Source: an uncultured delta proteobacterium | Lineage (GTDB): Bacteria > Myxococcota_A > UBA9160 > UBA4427 | NCBI GenBank assembly: GCA_963822965.1 | Contig: CAWGJT010000014.1 | Coordinates: 288,001-352,000, forward strand | Length of the DNA: 64,000 nucleotides | Direction: 5' to 3' | Part shown: piece by piece, positions 58,621 through 64,000 of the stretch | How the letters are laid out: each line of letters starts with the position of its first letter | How positions within the stretch are numbered: the stretch's first letter is position 1 | Position numbers and translations under genes: made by a program | Notes under the pieces: model-generated | The model's input: the letters and a program-made list of their open reading frames with translations, nothing else | Told to the model about the DNA's origin: nothing | Database searches by the model: none

Positions 58621-59385
58621 CTACTCGGCCCTGGGAGGCTCGAGCAGGGGTTCGAAGCTGCGCGTGACGGCCTCCTCGAGCAGCTCGCGATCCCGGAACA
58701 GGTCGTTTCGGTGCGACCCCTGGATGCTCACACCGCCGACGGTCCCGACGCCGCTCATGCGGTATTGCTCGATCGGTTCGAGCCCCACGTAGCGCTCGAA
58801 GACGCGCGTGCCATCCGGAGTCAGGATCGTCATCCGGAGGGACGTGCCGAGGCCCTTGCCCGCAATGCTGTGCACCTCCATCGTCGCGTTCCCATCGGTC
58901 TCGATGGGAACCGCGCGGGAGGCGCCGTCCCAGAGGAGCATGCGACCGGTGTAGTTCCCCTGACGGACGCGGAGTGCGGGCATGGCGATCACGTCGGCGG
59001 GATGGTCCGCCGCCAGGCGGCGTGCGAGCTCCGAGCGGATGCGCTCCGCACGCGCCGCGTCGTCGCCCTCGCCGCTCGGTGTCGCGATCGCGTGCAGCCG
59101 CTGCTCGACTTCGAAGCTCGAGACGCGCTCCGCCTCGCGCCCGGTCGCTTCCACGTAGGCCACCACGTCCCGCTCCAGCTCCTGGGCTCCCGAGACGTAG
59201 GGCGGGGCTGGATCGCCGCCCGCGTTCATGGGCACGATCAGAACCGTGTGGATCGACGCGGCCGGCGGTGCGTGCTCCGCGATGAAGGCGGCTCCCGACA
59301 TGCAGCCCGGCAGGAGCAGCGTCGTGCCGAGCGAGAGCAGAGCCCGCAGGAGGGGACGTCCCGTGTCGCGCTCGGCGTCGCGCAT
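58621..59385 (-). CDS. Hypothetical lipoprotein
   Basis: Lipobox LLLPGC; coding-like composition. Confidence 0.6.
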   Translation of the reverse strand: MRDAERDTGRPLLRALLSLGTTLLLPGCMSGAAFIAEHAPPAASIHTVLIVPMNAGGDPAPPYVSGAQELERDVVAYVEATGREAERVSSFEVEQRLHAIATPSGEGDDAARAERIRSELARRLAADHPADVIAMPALRVRQGNYTGRMLLWDGASRAVPIETDGNATMEVHSIAGKGLGTSLRMTILTPDGTRVFERYVGLEPIEQYRMSGVGTVGGVSIQGSHRNDLFRDRELLEEAVTRSFEPLLEPPRAE

Positions 59386-59591
59386 GAGGTCAATCTACCA
59401 CCGATCGATCCCGCCCCGGCGAGCCGAATCGCCGCCGGGTCCGCCTACTGCTTCACGCAATAGAGTCGGAGCAGCGTGGCACAGCCCTGGCCCGTTCCGA
59501 GCTCGGTCCAGGTGGTGTCCGTCGCGGCGCTGTCGCCGCGGCGGCCGGGCTGGCGGCGCAAGTCGACTTGCGCCGCGTCCGTCTCGTACGG

Positions 59592-60877
59592 CTACTGGTA
59601 TGCGAGGTCGCGCAGGAAGAGGGCCAGCGGCGGGAAGGCGATCAGCAGGATGGTGATGCCCACGAGGATCAGGATGAACGGGGGCGTGCCGCGGATCACC
59701 TCGAGGTAGGGGCGCCGGAAGACCGCCATCGCCGTGAAGATGTCGCAGCCGAAGGGTGGTGTCGCCGACCCGATCGCCGCCTGCAGGGTCACGAGGGTTC
59801 CCACCAGGACCGGATCGACGCCCGAGGCCGCGATCGCGGGCGAGAAGATGGGCGTGAGGATCATGATCACGACGATGGGGTCCACGAACATGCAGCCCGA
59901 CGAAGTAGGCGATGGAGATGGTGGCCAGCAGCTGGTACGGGCTCTGGGCGACGGTGTGCACGAAGTCGCCGAGCAGGGCGTCGGGGATCCGGGCGAAGGA
60001 GATCGCCCAGGAGAAGGCGGCGCCGGCCGCGACGAGGATGAACACCACCGCGGTCACCACCCCGGTCGAGACGGCGATCTCCGGGATCTCGCGCAGCCGC
60101 ACCGCGCGGAAGACCAATACCTCGAGCACCAGCGCGTAGAGCACGGACATGGCGGCGGCTTCGGTGGGGCTGAAGAAGCCGCTGTAGATGCCGCCGATGA
60201 CGATCACCGGGAAGCCCAGGGGCAGGCCCGCGCGCGCCAGGGCGCGGCGCCAGCTCGGCCCAGGTCGCCCGCTCCAGCGGGCGGACGCCGAAGCGCGGAT
60301 CGATGGCCCAGCAGTAGGCGGAGAACGCCGCCAGGATCAGCAGCCCCGGGCCGATGCCCGCGATGAAGAGCTCGCCGACCGAGGTTCCCGAGACGACTCC
60401 GTAGACGATCATGCCGATGCTGGGCGGGATCAGCAGCGCGATGTCGCTGGCGTTGATGACGAGCGCGATCGCGAAACGGTCCGGGTAGCCGTGTTCGAGG
60501 AGCCGGGGCCGAAGGGCGCCTCCCATCGCGACCACCGTCGCCTGGGTCGAGCCGGTGACCGACCCGAAGAGCGTGCACGAGAGCGCCGTCGTGATCGGCA
60601 GGCCGGCGCGCCGATGACCCACCGATCCCAGGACCAGGTCGAGCAGCCGTTCCGCGGTGTGCCCCCGGGTCATCAGGTCGGCGGCGAAGATGAACATCGG
60701 CACCGCCGTGAGCACCGCGGGCGTGACGCCCCCGATCATCTGCTGGACGAGGAGCGACGGGTCCACCGGCGCCAGGAACACGACCACGAGCACCAGGGCG
60801 GCCGCGAGCAGGGGCACCATCATCGGGAAGCCCGCCACCAGCAGCAGCACCAGGACCGCCACGACGACGCCGATCAC
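59592..60877 (-). CDS. TRAP transporter large permease (DctM/TeaC-like); indels near 60245 and 59895
   Basis: AVPMFIFAAD, GSTQATVVAMG, LIPPSI, GIYSGFFSPTEAAA and TPPFG. Confidence 0.9.
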
Positions 60878-61420
60878 GGCGAGCCCTCCTCGGGGACCGC
60901 ATCCTCTTCGAGATCGAAGGACGCGTGGATGCCGGGCGCCGTGAAGTTGCGGGCGAAGGCGAGGGCGTACTCGATCGCTCCGAGCGCCAGGCCGGCGGGC
61001 ACGACGACGTACACCAGCCAGAGCGGGACGCGCAGGGCCGGCGTCACCCCGCCGATGGCGTGCGCGGTCGCGACGTACTGCACCGCCAGCGCGGCGAGCA
61101 CGAAGAGCAGCGCAGAGGTGCCCGCGGTGATCGCCATCCACGACACCTTCCGCGCGGTGCCGCGGAGCTGGTCGTAGAACGCGGCCATGCGGATGTGCCG
61201 GGCCCTCCGGGCCGCGAGACCCACGCCCGCGAACGTGATCCAGAGCGCCAGCGCCTGGTTCACCTCCTCGGCGAAGGGCAGGCTCGCCGCCGAACACGTT
61301 GCGCGCGAAGACGTTGGCGATGCTCACGCCCGCGATGCCGAGGATGCCCGCGGCGAGCAGCGCGTGCTCGATGCGGAGCAGCCCCCGATCGAAGGCGAGC
61401 AGGGCCTCGCGCACCTTCAC
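60874..61420 (-). CDS. TRAP transporter small permease (DctQ/TeaB-like); indel near 61285
   Basis: ANVFARN...FAEEVNQ...WITF.G..LAARR.RHIRM. Confidence 0.85.
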
Positions 61421-61509
61421 GGGCGTCGTTCCTGGCCTGGACGGCGTTCCTGGAGAGGAGAACGCATTCTGGTAGGGTTGCGCGAGGGAAACCGGATGTG
61501 GGAGAAGCA

Positions 61510-62535
61510 ATGCGATTTCGAGATCTCGCCGTCGCGGCCGCGGCGTTGGCCGCCGTGGCCTGCCACTCGTCCTCGGACGGAGAGGTGTGGCGCTTCGCGA
61601 TCGAGGAGATCGAGGGCAGCGTCCAGTACGACTACGCGACGCGCTTCGAGTCGCTCGTCGAGGAACGGACGAACGGCGCGGTGTCGGTCGAGGTGTATCC
61701 CTACGGCAGCCTGGGAACCTCGGCCCAGCTCTCCGAGCAGGTCCAGAGCGGCGCGCTGCAGCTCGCCTTCGCCTCGCCCGGACATCTGGGCTCGGTGATC
61801 CCCGAGGTGCAGGTCTTCTCGCTCCACTTCCTGCTCTCGGACGACGAGGCCGTGAACCAACGGGTCCTGACCGAAGACGCCCCGTTTCGAAGGCTGCTGG
61901 ACGAGGCCTATCGGGAGCGCCAGCTCGAGCTGCTGGCGATCGTGCCGGAAGGCTGGATGGTGTGGACGGCGAATCGGCCGCTGCGAACGCCCGATGACTT
62001 CGCCGGCCTGAAGATCCGGACCATGGTCTCGCCCCTTCTCGTCGAGGCGTATGCGGCCTACGGCGCCAATCCCACGCCCATGCCCTATGCGGAGGTCTAC
62101 GGGGGGCTCCAGCTGGGGATGATCGACGCCCAGGTCAATCCCGTCTTCGCCATCGAGGAGATGAGCTTCTACGAGGTGCAGGACTACATGACCTTCGCCC
62201 ATCACGCCCCCTTCGTCTCGACGGTGGTCGCGAGCCCGGCCTTCGTGGCGGGCCTCGCTCCGGAGCGGCGCGCGCTCCTCGACGACGTGCTCCACGAGCT
62301 CGACGGGTACGTCTTCGAGACCCAGCGGCGCCTCAACCGCGAGCGCCTGGACGTGATCCTGCGGGCCGGAGGTACCGAGGTGGTGACCCTCGACGATTCG
62401 GAGCGGGCGACGTTCCGGGCGCTCAGCCTGCCGGTCCGCGAGACGTACGTGGAGATGGCCGGACCGCGCGGCCGCGCGATCCTCGACTCGCTGGAGGCGA
62501 CGGTGCGAGACGCGCAGTCGGCTTCCGGCTCGTAG
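61510..62535 (+). CDS. TRAP substrate-binding lipoprotein (DctP; TeaA/UehA ectoine-binding-like)
   Basis: [29 protein letters not shown] and [16 protein letters not shown]; adjacent to ect genes. Confidence 0.85.
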   Translation: MRFRDLAVAAAALAAVACHSSSDGEVWRFAIEEIEGSVQYDYATRFESLVEERTNGAVSVEVYPYGSLGTSAQLSEQVQSGALQLAFASPGHLGSVIPEVQVFSLHFLLSDDEAVNQRVLTEDAPFRRLLDEAYRERQLELLAIVPEGWMVWTANRPLRTPDDFAGLKIRTMVSPLLVEAYAAYGANPTPMPYAEVYGGLQLGMIDAQVNPVFAIEEMSFYEVQDYMTFAHHAPFVSTVVASPAFVAGLAPERRALLDDVLHELDGYVFETQRRLNRERLDVILRAGGTEVVTLDDSERATFRALSLPVRETYVEMAGPRGRAILDSLEATVRDAQSASGS

Positions 62536-62563
62536 ACGTCCCATCGCGCGCAGCCGCGCCGCG

Positions 62564-63455
62564 CTAGGCCACGAGCGGCGTGTAGTCGCGGCTGGCGATG
62601 TGCTCCGGTCGGCGCTCCTGCTCCGAGAACGGCTCCTCCAGCGGGTTCTCGACGCTGTTGTAGACGAGGAAGACGTTGCTCCGGGGCCAGGGCGTGATGT
62701 TGCCGTTCGAGCCGTGCATGGTGTTGCAGTCGAACAGGACGACGGTACCCGGCGGGCCGACGGGGGCCTCGATGCCGCCCTGCGCGAGGTGCTCGAGGAT
62801 GGCCGGGTCCGGGACGCCGTGCTCCTGGCGGCGCAGGGAACGCTCGTAGTGGCGTTCCGGTGTCCGACCGGCGCAGGAGACGAAGTGCTGGTGCGATCCG
62901 GGAATCAGCATCAGCGGGGCCGTTGTGGACGTTGTTCTCCAGCAGGCTCAGCGAGACGCTCACCGCGCGCATCCGGGGCATGCCGTCCTCGACGTGCCAG
63001 GTCTCGAAGTCGGAATGCCAGAAGAACTCGCGGCCGCGGAAGGCCGGCTTGTAGTTGATGCGCGACTGGTGGACGTAGGCCGGGCGTCCCGAGGATCTGC
63101 GTGACGGCCCCCAGCAGGCGCGGCTGCGGCTGCCAGGCGCGCGAAGGTGGGGCTCGATCGGTGGATCGCGAAGATCGAGCGGACCTCGCCGCTCCCCGGC
63201 TCGGCGACCACCTCGGGGGCGCCGCTCCCGGTCAGTTCCCTGCGCGAAGCCGCGCCGCCTGTTCCCGCAGCGCCCGCGGTCTCGTCCGGGTCGAAGAACG
63301 ATCCAACGACGAGGAACCCCCTGCGCTCGAAGCCCTCGAGCTGGGCCGGGGAGAGCGGGCCCGTCCGGTGAAGCGCCGTGCACGACCGGGTCCTTGCGCG
63401 GGAGGATCGCCGCCTGCCCGCCGACGCGCGACGGATAGAGGTCCTGCCGGGTCAC
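62564..63455 (-). CDS. ectD: Ectoine hydroxylase (several indels)
   Basis: [20 protein letters not shown], signature [20 protein letters not shown] and [15 protein letters not shown]. Confidence 0.93.
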
Positions 63456-63852
63456 GCGTTCCTCCTCGTCGGTCAGCAGCGGGTAGGCGCCGTCGGGGCC
63501 GTGCACCTCGCGGCCGGTACACGGCGGATTGAAGACGCACACCATGCGGAGCTGCGACTTGGCGCGCAGCACGTGGCGCTCGTGCCCGTCGAGCGCGTAG
63601 AGGGTGCCCGGACGGATCGCATGGGTCGGACCGTCGGGCAGCAGCTGGATCTCGCCCTCTCCCTCGATGCAGTAGACCGCCTCGACGTGGTGCTTGTACT
63701 CCATCTCCGTCTCGGTGCCGGCTGCCAGCACCGTGTCGTGCATCGAGAAGCCCATGCCGTCGCGTGCCAGCAGAAGGCGTCGGCTCACCCAGGTGGGCGC
63801 CTCCACCTCGCGATCGCGTCCCGCGCAGGTCTTCGAGGTGTCGGACGATCAT
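63452..63852 (-). CDS. ectC: Ectoine synthase (indel near 63815)
   Basis: [49 protein letters not shown] and CVFNPP.TG.EVH. Confidence 0.93.
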
Positions 63853-64000
63853 CGCGAGCCCTCCGCTGCGCCGGCTGTCCTGACGGCGCGCGACGGCGTG
63901 GACCGACGCCTCCAGCATATCGAGCCCGTCCTTGAGGGCGACCTCGTCGATGTTGAGGGGCGGCATCACCTTGGCGACGTTGCCTTCCGGGCCGGCCGTC
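63849..64000 (-). CDS. ectB: Diaminobutyrate-2-oxoglutarate transaminase, C-terminal part (truncated by window edge)
   Basis: TAGPEGNVAKVMPPLNI....LKDGLDMLE, immediately upstream of ectC. Confidence 0.8.

Noticed and set aside
557..63852. Many genes split by frameshifts (Mo oxidoreductase, trxC, tauD, nosZ, frc-like, helicase, TPP enzyme, dctM, ectD and others), suggesting mass pseudogenisation or programmed frameshifting
   Set aside because: The breaks are single-base shifts scattered across unrelated genes, with intact motifs on both sides and no accumulation of in-frame stops. This pattern fits uncorrected long-read indels.

Overview
A very GC-rich bacterial chromosomal window. The gene content suggests a diderm, possibly Myxococcota/deltaproteobacterial organism, but that is inference. 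About 60 CDS are recognisable, and many carry single-base frameshifts that look like long-read indel errors rather than true pseudogenes. From left to right: (1) 0-10 kb, catabolic and redox genes (molybdopterin oxidoreductase, PPOX/F420-type protein, dienelactone hydrolase, TrxC, TauD, thioesterase, tandem CoA-transferase). (2) 10-17 kb, a clade II N2O-reduction cluster (cytochrome c, nosZ, D, F, L, Y, nosB-like) with a sigma54 promoter. (3) 17-25 kb, an oxc/HACL-like and frc-like divergent pair, a DEAD-box helicase, and carbonic anhydrase-SulP-LysR. (4) 25-47 kb, a general-stress-type island (USP, SRPBCC, pncAB, LigD-Pol, GH15, SDR, NhaP, ASRT, TPP enzyme, enolase-family protein, FAD/FeS oxidase, DUF1328, 7TM-transglutaminase/ATP-grasp/peptidase, CsbD) with eight sigma54 -24/-12 motifs and a shared candidate activator site. 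(5) 47.5-54.5 kb, the most interesting block: a short ModE, a ModE-box-like site over a sigma70 promoter, then TonB, a TonB-dependent receptor, a fused ECF A-A'-T protein, a TiaS-like DDTD enzyme and an S-component-like protein. This is a candidate Mo/W-cofactor or metallophore scavenging system. (6) 54.5-64 kb, secreted hypotheticals, an ectoine-type TRAP transporter and ectB-ectC-ectD. Two ~165-bp MITE-like elements are also present. No rRNA, tRNA, CRISPR array or transposase was seen.
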